From an uncultured Gammaproteobacteria bacterium (GTDB lineage: Bacteria; Patescibacteriota; Microgenomatia; Levybacterales; GWA1-39-11), in assembly GCA_964427615.1 (NCBI GenBank), contig CAYRUR010000003.1, positions 44,062-108,061 of the forward strand: a stretch of DNA of 64,000 nucleotides, read 5' to 3'. The notes beneath the pieces were generated by a model. It did no database searches, had not been told where the DNA came from, and saw only the letters and a list, made by a program, of their open reading frames with translations. The position numbers and the translations under genes are program-made. The stretch's first letter is position 1. Each line of letters starts with the position of its first letter. This document shows, one piece after another, positions 27,129 through 39,625 of this stretch.

Positions 27129-28370
27129 TTACAAATGAGAGTATTCTTTTCGTATTTCCTCACGTTGATACTTGTCTGCTAGAAACCCATTTGGTTTTGT
27201 GGGTAATTTAGGTGCGTATGCCAAATATCCATTGCGCACTATATGTCCCCCATACTTTTTATTGAGACTATCTACCGCTTTTAAGAGTTTGTCTTGACGG
27301 GGATCTTCAAAAAGAGAGTAAGTAGTAACTTTTTTGTCTTCAATACTGCTCACCCAAATACTTATTTGCCGTACCATCCATTGCCAATTCCATTTTTGAT
27401 ATAAAAAGTAACATACTTCAAAAATATCTTGTCCTTTATCCATATACCTATCAGTCGTTTTTCTGCCTTGCATACTTTTTTCTCCCGCCAGAGAAAGTCC
27501 TACTGTTTTGGCTTTTTTATCTAGTTTGCGCAACTTTAATGCTACTTCTTCGCATAATTCATACATGATTTGTAAAATTCTTTCCTGGCTATATTCATTT
27601 TGAGGAAGACAATAGTTCCTGCCCACAGACTTAACTGTTTCCTGATGAGTGAAATGACGTACTAGACTCACATCTTTTCCATACGCAATATCTTTGAGAT
27701 GTAAAGCGCATACATTGCCAAATTCTTTTTTTAAATGAAAAAGAGGGTAGTCTCGTAAAGTAAGTAAATTTGTGATTCCCAGACAATACAGTCTCTTTTT
27801 CAATCGTTCTCCAATACCACACACTGTAGTCAGTTTGATTTGTGCATAAATAGTATCTAAATTTTTCTCATTAATTTCAGCAAAGCCATCTGGTTTATCA
27901 AGACCTGAGGCTAATTTTGCCAATAGTTTGTTGTGAGAAAGACCCACAGATACCGTAACCACAGGTCCAATTTCATTTCTAATGTCTGCTTTAATGCGTT
28001 CTACTACGCTAAAAATAGAAGGGTATAGATGCATGACAGGAGTCAAATCCATAAAAAGCTCATCCAAAGAAAAGAGTTCTACTATAGGACTATAACGACT
28101 GCAAATATCCAAAAACTTTTTGGTGATATCAAGATACCGGTCAAAATCAGCGGGGATAAAGATGATTTCAGGACAGATATTAACCGCTTCCCACGTACGC
28201 ATGCCTGTTTTTATGCCTTTTTTCTTTGCTTCGCGAGAAGCAGCAATAATACAAGTTCTGCCATTTGTTGCCGTAACACCAATAGGGTGATTACGTAAAT
28301 TAGGATTAAAATGTTGTTCACAGCTAGCAAAATAAGAATCAAAATCAATACAAAGAATAGTGCGTTTCAT
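27129..28370 (-). CDS. dinB: Y-family DNA polymerase IV
   Basis: CIDFDSYFASCE, AASREAK, SLDE, NKLLAKLAS, GIGER. Confidence 0.93.
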   Translation of the reverse strand: MKRTILCIDFDSYFASCEQHFNPNLRNHPIGVTATNGRTCIIAASREAKKKGIKTGMRTWEAVNICPEIIFIPADFDRYLDITKKFLDICSRYSPIVELFSLDELFMDLTPVMHLYPSIFSVVERIKADIRNEIGPVVTVSVGLSHNKLLAKLASGLDKPDGFAEINEKNLDTIYAQIKLTTVCGIGERLKKRLYCLGITNLLTLRDYPLFHLKKEFGNVCALHLKDIAYGKDVSLVRHFTHQETVKSVGRNYCLPQNEYSQERILQIMYELCEEVALKLRKLDKKAKTVGLSLAGEKSMQGRKTTDRYMDKGQDIFEVCYFLYQKWNWQWMVRQISIWVSSIEDKKVTTYSLFEDPRQDKLLKAVDSLNKKYGGHIVRNGYLAYAPKLPTKPNGFLADKYQREEIRKEYSHL

Positions 28371-28483
28371 GCTGTTTTACGTTCACTTCAAGAGTACTTT
28401 ACCGTTAGAGTAAAATCCAAAACAAGTACATTTTTATCACTTTTTTAAGGGCAGTAGGAATCATAGGTGTAATAACTATATGA

Positions 28484-28530
28484 GAAAAATACTAGAAAAT
28501 CAATTGAATAAAAATAGAAATAACTATGAC
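28484..28530. promoter_or_regulatory. candidate LexA operator array upstream of dinB
   Basis: GAA at 28484, 28495, 28506, 28517 and GAC at 28528 (11-bp period). Confidence 0.6.
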
Positions 28531-28545
28531 AAAATAGAGCAATTT

Positions 28546-29964
28546 TTAAGAGGAGGGAAGATCAGAAAAACGCACCTGTACTCCTTCTGTTTTTTTGTTT
28601 TTTAAAAGAGTAGAAGAAAGTATTTTATACGCATCATAGTCGAAAGAGTAATCATATGTTTTTACTTCCTGCGTATATTCAGAAATAATAGTGCGCTGGA
28701 TAATACACCATTTATCTATTAAAAATATCTCTTTATTTCCTTCATCATCTTTCTCTTCAAAAAAAATAGGGCCCGCAAACGGCCATTTTTTTATTTTGTA
28801 GTCATAGAATGCTTGCAAAAAACGGATGTTATAAAACAAGGCCTTTTCTTTTCCTACACATGCTCCTTTACACCATCCTAATTGATGCGCAAAGCAAGAT
28901 CCATTAGTGCTTTGCAAACCTAATATTTTTTGACACAATCCTCTTTCTTTAACTAAATTATTTAGTAAGTCTTTGGCTTGCTTTTTAGAACGAAAAACTC
29001 CCAAAACATTTTCAATTTCATCAACTGTTATACTCTTTTTGTGTTCTAAAACCACTGTGTCATACCCATTTTTGTCTGTTGTTTTTTTAAGATAGGTAAG
29101 GAGTCTTTTTTCACGCAATTTTCTATTGTGTAATGGCTGCATTTTTTTGATCAATTGGCTTTCTAATAATTGTGCTCCTAAGTCTCCACATGTTTTGATA
29201 GTCTCGATATGTTTTACTTCCTGAGTAAGCTGCATTTCTTTGGAAGAAGTGTAATCGCTTGAGAAATGGGAAAGCACTCTTTCTCTGATATTCTTGCTTT
29301 TTCCAATATAAAGCGGAGTAGATACATCTCCGTAAAAAATATATACACCAGGACTTTCAGGTAAGTCATTGAGTTTTTTTTCTGAAAGGTGGAGTGGAAT
29401 AGTAGGTTTTTTCAACACGTAGGAAATAGCCTCCGATATTCTCCTGTCCGGAAATTCAGTTTGCAGTTTTTTGTAAAACTCCCATACAACCTTAGCATCA
29501 TCAAATGCCCTGTGTCGTGCTTGACAAGAAATATCAAAACGTTCCATAAGGCTATCTAAGTTATGTCGAGTATGCTGAGGATATAAAAAACGGGAAAGCT
29601 TTACCGTACACAGATGTTTGCTGGTAAAAGAAATACTATGTCTTCTGAATTCATTGCGTAAAAATCCGTAATCAAAGCGCACGTTATGTGCCACAAAAAT
29701 ACATCCTGCAAGCATTTGTAAAATTTCTTCTTTTTTGTCTTCAAAAAAAGGAGCTCTTTCTAAATCTTGTTTTGAAATACCAGTAAGACTTTCAATAAAA
29801 GGAGAAACATGCATACCAGGGTTCAGAAGCGTTGAAAACTGGTCTATAACTTTATTTTCCTCAACTCGCAGGATGCCTATTTCAATAATTTTGTCATACA
29901 CAGGGCTATTTCCTGTGGTCTCTATATCAACAAAAGCAAGAGAAGAAGGAAGATCTTTTACCAT
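28546..29964 (-). CDS. DEDDh (Pol III epsilon-like) exonuclease fused to GIY-YIG (Cho-like) nuclease
   Basis: VDIETTG, AHNVRFD, HRAFDDA; PGVYIF...YIGKS; Cys cluster. Confidence 0.88.
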   Translation of the reverse strand: MVKDLPSSLAFVDIETTGNSPVYDKIIEIGILRVEENKVIDQFSTLLNPGMHVSPFIESLTGISKQDLERAPFFEDKKEEILQMLAGCIFVAHNVRFDYGFLRNEFRRHSISFTSKHLCTVKLSRFLYPQHTRHNLDSLMERFDISCQARHRAFDDAKVVWEFYKKLQTEFPDRRISEAISYVLKKPTIPLHLSEKKLNDLPESPGVYIFYGDVSTPLYIGKSKNIRERVLSHFSSDYTSSKEMQLTQEVKHIETIKTCGDLGAQLLESQLIKKMQPLHNRKLREKRLLTYLKKTTDKNGYDTVVLEHKKSITVDEIENVLGVFRSKKQAKDLLNNLVKERGLCQKILGLQSTNGSCFAHQLGWCKGACVGKEKALFYNIRFLQAFYDYKIKKWPFAGPIFFEEKDDEGNKEIFLIDKWCIIQRTIISEYTQEVKTYDYSFDYDAYKILSSTLLKNKKTEGVQVRFSDLPSS

Positions 29965-30027
29965 AAGAAAAGTACCACCATACTAGCAAAAGAGGCATCT
30001 CATTAGCAAGCAATTAAATCTAAAACT

Positions 30028-30710
30028 AGTATAAAGTATGAAGAAGTAAGTAGTAAGTATAGAAAGAAATTAAAAAATAAAAAGTCAAAAAGCAAAAGTA
30101 GATGGCAAAAGTAAAAAGTTTTAAGATTCTGTATATACTACATACTATATACTAAATACCCACTTTTAACTCTTTAACGCGCAATCCATTAACTTACTTG
30201 TACTTAAGCCCTAACCACTCAACGATACCGGCCCTGTACCAGACGGTACGGGACGGGCTTCGTAACCGTTTACCAAAAATCAATCCTCCTCATGGATCCT
30301 GAATTAAATTCAGGATGACAAGCTTTGGTAGTTTTATATTTTTTCTAAACGCTAAACGCTTCTCTTTCTGGATCCTAAATCCCTCCTTTGTCAAGGCTTC
30401 GGAAGGGCACAGCAAGTTCCTCCGATTTGATTGCAGTTCAGGCCTAGGCTCTGAAGAGCCTTCAAGTAAAAGATACTGTAAGTGCTCGTAGAGATGACAC
30501 ATTTGTGGTGGTTTTAGTAATTTTTTCTAAACGCTAAACCCTATACGCTAAACGCTTGCTCTCTGTTTACTGTTTTCTGTTCTCTGCCTTCTTCTTAATT
30601 CCTAATTCATAATTCTTAATTCGTACCTTCCAACTCGTTAACCCGTTAATAACCAATAAAGAATAATTTCTAAACCCTAAACCCTAAGCCCTAAACGCTA
30701 AACGCTCCAT
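30028..30710. repeat. intergenic mosaic of 7-nt tandem repeats and REP-like hairpins
   Basis: TAAACGC/TAAACCC, AAGTATA, TAATTCT and TAACTCG runs; GATCCTGAATTAAATTCAGGATGAC at 30295-30319. Confidence 0.6.
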
Positions 30711-30793
30711 ACTCACACACCTCCCTCCTTTTTCTCACCTTATCCTTACATTTTGTACCTACAATAGAGTTTCATTATTCTTATTGCATTATT

Positions 30794-31678
30794 ATGGATA
30801 ACCCAGAGCCTTATATCATTGAAAAAAAGGAAACTGATAAAGAGAATGAGATAGAAGAAATAATAAAACCTGAAGGTATTTACTCTATCTTGTATGGAGT
30901 TCACATCCTACCTACAGATCCCAATCTTTTACCCCAAAACGTATCAGCAGTATTTCTAGAAACAGGCATGATTAAGTGGGAAGATTACAGCATGGATTCT
31001 CTCAATTATTTGCGTAACCATAGGCAATACAAAGAAATCTTTGAGCAAATGGAAAAAAAGAAAATAACGCTTTTGTTAGGAGATGTAAATTATAGGTTTT
31101 CCTGGCTTATTCCATTTCTTGATATTGCAGTTTTACAAGCAGAGGCAAGTATGGGTATGAAATTACTAAAAAATAGTTTGGCAACCTTCAATAAAAATGA
31201 AAAACTTTCAAAAAAAGATATAGCAAAAATAATGGGAGGATCAGCAGCAGGATTATGGCTTTTATTGCCCATGCTTCCTGATTTAGTAAGAGCTGTATCC
31301 GTACTTACTAATGCAGGACTGAAAAAAAGTGCTACCCTACAAAAAGCAGTGTATAAATTACATCCTGAGTTATTTTTACTTCTAAAAACAATAAGAGAGG
31401 CAGTAATAGCTGAAAAAGAGCAAAAGCTTATGGAACATATAGGTAATAGACCTCATTTTGCAACTATAATGGGAGGAGCGCATACCGGTCTGGAAGATCA
31501 AATACTGGCAACACGTGAAGAAAGGCTTAAAACACTACAAAGATTAAAACCAGTCATCAAATTACTGGTAGTTCCTGAATCCTTCTACCAATTGGCACAG
31601 TGGAACTTTAATGGAAATGAGTGGGAGCTAACACGGATATACAATTTACCTGAATTAAGAGAGGTTGTGGAAGAATAA
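30794..31678 (+). CDS. hypothetical protein
   Basis: 294-aa ORF; YGVH and MGGAHTG motifs loosely TraB/TIKI-like (weak). Confidence 0.7.
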   Translation: MDNPEPYIIEKKETDKENEIEEIIKPEGIYSILYGVHILPTDPNLLPQNVSAVFLETGMIKWEDYSMDSLNYLRNHRQYKEIFEQMEKKKITLLLGDVNYRFSWLIPFLDIAVLQAEASMGMKLLKNSLATFNKNEKLSKKDIAKIMGGSAAGLWLLLPMLPDLVRAVSVLTNAGLKKSATLQKAVYKLHPELFLLLKTIREAVIAEKEQKLMEHIGNRPHFATIMGGAHTGLEDQILATREERLKTLQRLKPVIKLLVVPESFYQLAQWNFNGNEWELTRIYNLPELREVVEE

Positions 31679-32030
31679 ACAGAAGCTTATTTTAAAGCCT
31701 CATATCTTAGCTTTACATATCAATTATCAATCTGTTTTTCCTTCTGCACCTTCCAAGATAAAGGTGTTCATATCCTGTTCATTTATGACATTTTTTCTCC
31801 CTTTGAAGACTTTGTGAAATCAGATATCATATGAAAATAAAGAAGTTCTTTCACTTGTTTTAGCGATCCCTTTTCCAAAGAATTGACTATGCCTGCCCCA
31901 TCCGACCAAAAAGATCTTTCTGAAAGATGATGAAAAGTAAAAAATAAAACAATCCAGAAGTTTTTTCCCCAATTGCTTAAAGAACATACTTTTATTATGC
32001 TATATTTGCGTTTGATATAATAAACAAAAT

Positions 32031-32831
32031 ATGACAGAAGATATTATCTCATTGTTAGAAACTATTAACGATGTTGCACAAGATACGTTTGATGAAGTAA
32101 TAAAAAAAGGTAATTACCAGAAAATTGGAGATCTTTCTACCAATGAAATAGTAAGGTATATAGCAGAATCCTTGACTTCACGTAAAGATAATAAACCCCA
32201 TATTACCGCACAATTTCTCGGCTCACCTGGATCAGGAAAATCACAACTGGCTACTCTCACGCGACAAAAACTAGAGAGAGCAATTATCATTCCTGTTGAT
32301 GATTATAATAAGGGCACCAGAGAGGATAGAAGGAAAATAATAAGAGAAGGGAGTACACCTCTTGATGAAAAAGATTTTGCGCAATTAAGAGAAGATGTAC
32401 TAATGCTGCGAAAATTAAAAACTGGAGAGTCTTCACATCTTCCAGAAGCAATTGATCTCAATACTGGCAATGCTCTCGTAAGAGAAATATACAAAAGAGT
32501 AACAGGTCCTTTTGAGTTTATATTGGTTGATGGCAATTTTTATGTGGGAGACAAACAAGTATGTGGACTAGATCTTGATATGCTCATTTATCTGCATATG
32601 GATGATAAAACACGGCTTCAAACGAGACTTTTGAGAGACTTAGTACCAGGTAAAATGAGAGGAAAAGATGCAGATGAAATTGTAGAACAATTTTTAACTC
32701 GTCGTGAATCTCAAGATAAAGCCTTTACTATCCCATTTATGGATAAAGCAGAAATCTTAATTACCACTCATCCTCATTTTTCTTCAAATGCTATTACCGA
32801 TTTTACGTATACTGTTTTTAGAAAAAAATAA
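32031..32831 (+). CDS. uridine kinase / phosphoribulokinase-like P-loop kinase
   Basis: GSPGSGKS, VDDY, LVDG, RLLRD. Confidence 0.75.
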   Translation: MTEDIISLLETINDVAQDTFDEVIKKGNYQKIGDLSTNEIVRYIAESLTSRKDNKPHITAQFLGSPGSGKSQLATLTRQKLERAIIIPVDDYNKGTREDRRKIIREGSTPLDEKDFAQLREDVLMLRKLKTGESSHLPEAIDLNTGNALVREIYKRVTGPFEFILVDGNFYVGDKQVCGLDLDMLIYLHMDDKTRLQTRLLRDLVPGKMRGKDADEIVEQFLTRRESQDKAFTIPFMDKAEILITTHPHFSSNAITDFTYTVFRKK

Positions 32832-32896
32832 TCTCGAATAATATATTGATCTCACTAGAGTTCTACTCAAATTTACTACATTACAATTACAACACT

Positions 32897-33550
32897 TTAT
32901 TCTTCAGCTAATGATTGAGTGTAACCTAATTTAACAAGTTCTTCATACGCAGACCACACATCTTCTGGTATATCCTGAGGAATTTGATATCCCTTTTCTG
33001 CATATAATTTGATGCGTTGCAAATCACCTACCATAGATTGTATCGAAGCATCTTTACCTCTAGGAGAGGTATTCATATATTCATCATAGGAAACTTGGGG
33101 AGAGCTCATGATTACTTCTACTTCTGGCCATTGTTTTTTTATAGTCGCATATGTTCTTCTTTCTATATATGGCTTTTGAACAACAATAATGCGTTTTGCA
33201 TGAATTCCATGCTTTTCTAGTAAAGCTTTTGTAAAAAGCGTATTTTCACCTGAATTTTTTGTTTGAGTCTCTAATAGTACATTTTCTTTTGGTAACCCAA
33301 ATTCCTGAGCTGCTTCAGATAATGTCTCTGCTTCTGTCTTATCCCAAGAAGCAGTGGAATCACTTTTATGACCTGAAAAAACAACAATCGGAGCATAGCC
33401 TTGTAAAAAAAGTTCTGCTGCTCGTTTGCCAATGGTGGGATTATAGCTGCCAAATACCACAATCGCATCTGCCTTTTTTAAAGTATGATGCATGAGGCTA
33501 TAATTCCAGATCCTCTTTGCAAGATTATCTATATATTCTCTTGAGGGCAT
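32897..33550 (-). CDS. YdcF/DUF218 family protein, copy 1
   Basis: ADAIVVFGS, VVFSG, TEAE, NSGEN, KPYIERR. Confidence 0.88.
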   Translation of the reverse strand: MPSREYIDNLAKRIWNYSLMHHTLKKADAIVVFGSYNPTIGKRAAELFLQGYAPIVVFSGHKSDSTASWDKTEAETLSEAAQEFGLPKENVLLETQTKNSGENTLFTKALLEKHGIHAKRIIVVQKPYIERRTYATIKKQWPEVEVIMSSPQVSYDEYMNTSPRGKDASIQSMVGDLQRIKLYAEKGYQIPQDIPEDVWSAYEELVKLGYTQSLAEE

Positions 33551-33792
33551 GAGTAGATTATAGTATAAAAGTTGAATATGATGAAAATCATCGAGAGTAT
33601 ACGTTAAAAATCAAATACCTATCTCAGTATGGGAGAGTATTTATTGTCCTCTCCTTTCCTCAAGCTAAAAAATAATGTAAATCGTACATTACATTGATTT
33701 TAGCAGTAATACAAGAAAGCAGCACATCACCTAAATGCAGATATTTTTCAATTCTATAACTGTTGCTTGACATGAAGATTGATCTAGTGGTA

Positions 33793-33813
33793 ATATCCCT
33801 CATAGGGGGATAT
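33793..33813. promoter_or_regulatory. CsoR-type operator
   Basis: Palindrome ATATCCC-7nt-GGGATAT immediately before csoR; TTGACA at 33767. Confidence 0.7.
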
Positions 33814-34086
33814 ATGGCATACAGACCAAAAGACACTCACGAAAGAATTACTCACCGCCTCAAAATTGCAAGAGGACACCTTGATAAAGTAATCAAAATG
33901 ATGGAAGAAGATGCTTATTGTATTGATGTAATGCATCAAATACAGGCAGTTGAGTCTGGATTAAAAGAAACTGGCAATCTACTTCTAGAAAATCATCTTA
34001 AATCCTGTGTAGCTGATGCAATTAGTAAGGGTAAGACAGATGAGTCTATTGCTGAAATAATGCAGGTATTTAAGAAAAAAACTTAA
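33814..34086 (+). CDS. csoR: CsoR/RcnR family copper-sensing repressor
   Basis: RLKIARGHL, YCIDV, LENHLKSCV. Confidence 0.9.
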   Translation: MAYRPKDTHERITHRLKIARGHLDKVIKMMEEDAYCIDVMHQIQAVESGLKETGNLLLENHLKSCVADAISKGKTDESIAEIMQVFKKKT

Positions 34087-34103
34087 TATGAGGAGGTGAT
34101 CAT

Positions 34104-34748
34104 ATGAAGAATGAAACTTTGAAATATCTATTAGGTGGAGTACTAGTTGGTGGTATTGCTGTATGGGTTATTACAATCTCAGCTATTAATTCTAATAATA
34201 CGAAAATGATGCAAATGATGGGAATAAGAGCAACAAACGGACAAAACACTCCTCAAAACCCAGATAATATAGACGCACATTTCATTGAGCAAATGATTCC
34301 TCATCATGAAGATGCAATCACCATGGCGAAACTTGCACAAACAAAAGCACAACATCCAGAGGTGAAGCAACTAGCAGATAACATCATTGAATCTCAAGGG
34401 AAAGAAATAAATCAAATGAAAGAGTGGTATAAGAATTGGTTTGGAAAAGAGGTTCCCACAGGAGACCAAATCATGAACCAACATGGAATGATGAGAGGAA
34501 ATGGTATGCATATGGGGATGGGTGATGAGACTGATATGGCACGACTTGAGCAGGCGGAAGAATTCGATAAAGCATTTATTGAAGAAATGATACCTCATCA
34601 CCAAATGGCAGTTATGATGGCAAGTATGCTTAAAAGTGGAACACAAAGACCAGAAATGAAAAAACTTGCTGACGATATAATAACTGCTCAAACTAATGAG
34701 ATAAACCAAATGAGACAATGGTATTCTGCTTGGGGATACAACCAGTAG
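34104..34748 (+). CDS. DUF305 (CopM-like) exported copper-binding protein
   Basis: Two MIPHH motifs; Met-rich; N-terminal TM. Confidence 0.88.
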   Translation: MKNETLKYLLGGVLVGGIAVWVITISAINSNNTKMMQMMGIRATNGQNTPQNPDNIDAHFIEQMIPHHEDAITMAKLAQTKAQHPEVKQLADNIIESQGKEINQMKEWYKNWFGKEVPTGDQIMNQHGMMRGNGMHMGMGDETDMARLEQAEEFDKAFIEEMIPHHQMAVMMASMLKSGTQRPEMKKLADDIITAQTNEINQMRQWYSAWGYNQ

Positions 34749-34795
34749 TCTTTTTAAGAGGTGCAATACATGTGCTTCTTCTGAGAACATAACGT

Positions 34796-35161
34796 ATGGA
34801 AATTGATAAATTACTTGTCGCCTTATTCAGTGTTGGTGGAGTGGCTTTAACCTATTGGTTTTTTCTCACGAAAAAAGATGAAGAAGTTGTGGTGGTAAAG
34901 ACTAACACCGTAGATGTTACTGTAGAGGGCGGATATTCTCCTCATGTTATTTCTATCCCAAAAGGTAAAACAACAACAATAAATTTTTTTCGTAAAGACC
35001 CAAGCTCATGCCTTGAAGAGGTTGTTCTTCCAGATTTTAAAGTACGAAAGTATCTGCCTCTCAATAAAATGACATCTATTTCAATTACTCCTAAAAAAGA
35101 AGGTACGTATGAATTCTCGTGTGGTATGAATATGTTTCATGGAAAAATAAAAGTTGAATAA
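34796..35161 (+). CDS. cupredoxin domain protein
   Basis: [21 protein letters not shown]. Confidence 0.88.
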   Translation: MEIDKLLVALFSVGGVALTYWFFLTKKDEEVVVVKTNTVDVTVEGGYSPHVISIPKGKTTTINFFRKDPSSCLEEVVLPDFKVRKYLPLNKMTSISITPKKEGTYEFSCGMNMFHGKIKVE

Positions 35162-35162
35162 T

Positions 35163-37385
<2,223 letters not shown>

Positions 37386-37388
37386 AGT

Positions 37389-38525
37389 ATGAATATTAAG
37401 GTTAAAAAACAAACATTATTGATTTCTGCAGTACTTACATCACTTTTTCTCATTGGTTTTCTTTTCTTAAAAATTAATGCTCTGGAAAATGCATCTCCTT
37501 CAGCACCAACACCTCAGGATATCAATCTTTGGGCGATATTTCTTACTGGACTACTTACAGGTGGATTAACGTGCCTCGCTGTGCAGGGAGGATTATTAGC
37601 AGCAACTATTGCCCAAAGAGAAGAGGAAAAACTAAAAGAAAAAACGAAACAGTCAGGCAATGCGCTTCCTATTTTAGCTTTTCTTGTAGCAAAACTTATC
37701 GCCTATACTGCTCTTGGATTTCTTCTTGGATGGTTTGGCTCACTATTTCAGTTATCCCTTATGGCTCAAATTATTATGCAAGTAGCAGTTGCGGTGTTCA
37801 TGATCACAACAGCACTAAATATTCTGAATGTGCATCCAATTTTTAGATATGTGGTAATTCAACCTCCTAAGTTTTTAACTCGACTTGTCCGTAATCAATC
37901 TAAAAGTAAAAGTTTATTTGCACCTGCATTACTCGGAGCTTTTACCGTATTTATCCCTTGTGGTACTACTCAGGCAATGATGGCATTAGCAATTGCTTCA
38001 ACAAGCCCATTTTTGGGAGCAGCAGTACTATTTGCCTTTGTATTAGGCACATCTCCTTTATTTTTTACACTCGGCTATTTTGCTACTAGGCTAGGAGAAT
38101 CTTTGCAACAAAAATTTATGAAAGTAGCTGCTTTTGCACTCATACTATTAGCTTTTTTTAATCTGAATAATGTTCTTGCTTTGTCAGGAAGTTCATGGAC
38201 ACTGGATAGTATATTTAAACAATTTGAAGTAAAAAACACCCTATCCCACACTGCTCCTAAACAACACGTTGTTATCTCAGTACAAAATAGTGGTTACAAT
38301 CCTAATGTCATCACAGTTAAAGCTGGAACAAATGTTTCATTCACAATAGAAAACAGAGGGGTTTATACTTGTGCTTCAGCTTTTACTATTCCTTACTTTA
38401 ATTTTCAAAAGGTTATCCAAGCAGGAAAATCTGAAACTATCGCTTTAAAAATGCCTGACAAACCAACACAAATTCCATTCATGTGTAGCATGGGAATGTA
38501 TAGGGGGGTGATTAACGTAATATGA
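37389..38525 (+). CDS. DsbD_2/TauE-like membrane protein with C-terminal cupredoxin domain
   Basis: LTCLAVQGG, FIPCG, FVLGT; C-terminal FMCSMGMYRG. Confidence 0.85.
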   Translation: MNIKVKKQTLLISAVLTSLFLIGFLFLKINALENASPSAPTPQDINLWAIFLTGLLTGGLTCLAVQGGLLAATIAQREEEKLKEKTKQSGNALPILAFLVAKLIAYTALGFLLGWFGSLFQLSLMAQIIMQVAVAVFMITTALNILNVHPIFRYVVIQPPKFLTRLVRNQSKSKSLFAPALLGAFTVFIPCGTTQAMMALAIASTSPFLGAAVLFAFVLGTSPLFFTLGYFATRLGESLQQKFMKVAAFALILLAFFNLNNVLALSGSSWTLDSIFKQFEVKNTLSHTAPKQHVVISVQNSGYNPNVITVKAGTNVSFTIENRGVYTCASAFTIPYFNFQKVIQAGKSETIALKMPDKPTQIPFMCSMGMYRGVINVI

Positions 38526-38734
38526 AAAAAATAAAACTAATAATTGAAGGCATGCACTGTACCACTTGTGCTATGAATATTGATGGTGAGTTAGAGGATA
38601 CAGAAGGAATTAAAAGTGCCAGTACTAATTATGCGAAACAAGAGACTGAAGTTGAATTTGATGAAAATAAAGTTGATGATAAGAAAATAGTTGAAATAAT
38701 TAAAGAAGTTGGATATTCAGCAACCATCAAATAA
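38522..38734 (+). CDS. copZ: copper chaperone (HMA domain)
   Basis: GMHCTTC...VGY; 70 aa. Confidence 0.88.
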   Translation: MKKIKLIIEGMHCTTCAMNIDGELEDTEGIKSASTNYAKQETEVEFDENKVDDKKIVEIIKEVGYSATIK

Positions 38735-38839
38735 ATTTTTTTGTGGAGTAGTACTTTCCAAGTATTCTTCTAACTAAAACCCATCTTTATTTCTTAAACT
38801 ATCAAGTTGTTTAATGTTTTAGTTAACATTTAAGATGTC

Positions 38840-39493
38840 TCATTCTTCAGCTAATGATTGATCATAACCCAGTTTAACCAACTCTTCATATGCTTCCCAA
38901 ACATCTTGTGGTATTTCCTGAGGAATTTGGTATCCTTTTTCTGCATATAATTTGATCCGTTGCAAATCACCTACCATAGATTGTATTGATGCATCTTTTC
39001 CTCTGGGAGAAGTATTCATGTATTCATCATAGGAAACTTGGGGAGAGCTCATGATTACTTCTACTTCTGGCCATTGTTTTTTGATAGTAGCATATGTTCT
39101 TCTTTCTATGTATGGCTTTTGAACAACAATAATACGTTTTGCATAAATTCCATGCTTTTCCAGTAAAGCTTTTGAAAAGAGCGTATTTTCACCTGAATTT
39201 TTTGCTTGAGTCTCTAACAATATATTTTCTTTTGGCAACCCAAACTCCTGGGCTGCTTCAGATAATACTTCTGCCTCTGTTTTATCCCAAGAAGCTGTAG
39301 AATCACTTCTATTACCTGAGAAAACAACAACCGGAGCATATTCTCGTAGAAAAAGTTCTGCTACTCGCTTAGCAACAATAGGATTATAACTACCAAATAC
39401 CACAATAGCATCTGCCTTTTTTAGCTCATGATGCATGAGACTATAATCCCAAATCTTTTTAGCAAGATTGTCTATGTATTCTTCTGAGGACAT
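38840..39493 (-). CDS. YdcF/DUF218 family protein, copy 2
   Basis: 217 aa; 23 differences from copy 1 by manual count. Confidence 0.88.
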   Translation of the reverse strand: MSSEEYIDNLAKKIWDYSLMHHELKKADAIVVFGSYNPIVAKRVAELFLREYAPVVVFSGNRSDSTASWDKTEAEVLSEAAQEFGLPKENILLETQAKNSGENTLFSKALLEKHGIYAKRIIVVQKPYIERRTYATIKKQWPEVEVIMSSPQVSYDEYMNTSPRGKDASIQSMVGDLQRIKLYAEKGYQIPQEIPQDVWEAYEELVKLGYDQSLAEE

Positions 39494-39625
39494 GAGTAGA
39501 TTATAGTAGAAAACCCACACAAGGAGCAATTTACTAGGCGATACTAGAATTTACTTTTCAACGATTGCATAGCATCTCTATGAAACTTTATAACTCTACA
39601 TAAAATTAAATTGTATAATAAAATT

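Noticed and set aside
28405-28464. 19-codon ORF upstream of dinB as a leader peptide or gene remnant
   Set aside because: Too short, with no recognisable motif or support.
31690-31990. Degraded gene between 31678 and 32031
   Set aside because: Only short unrecognisable ORFs; cannot be assigned.
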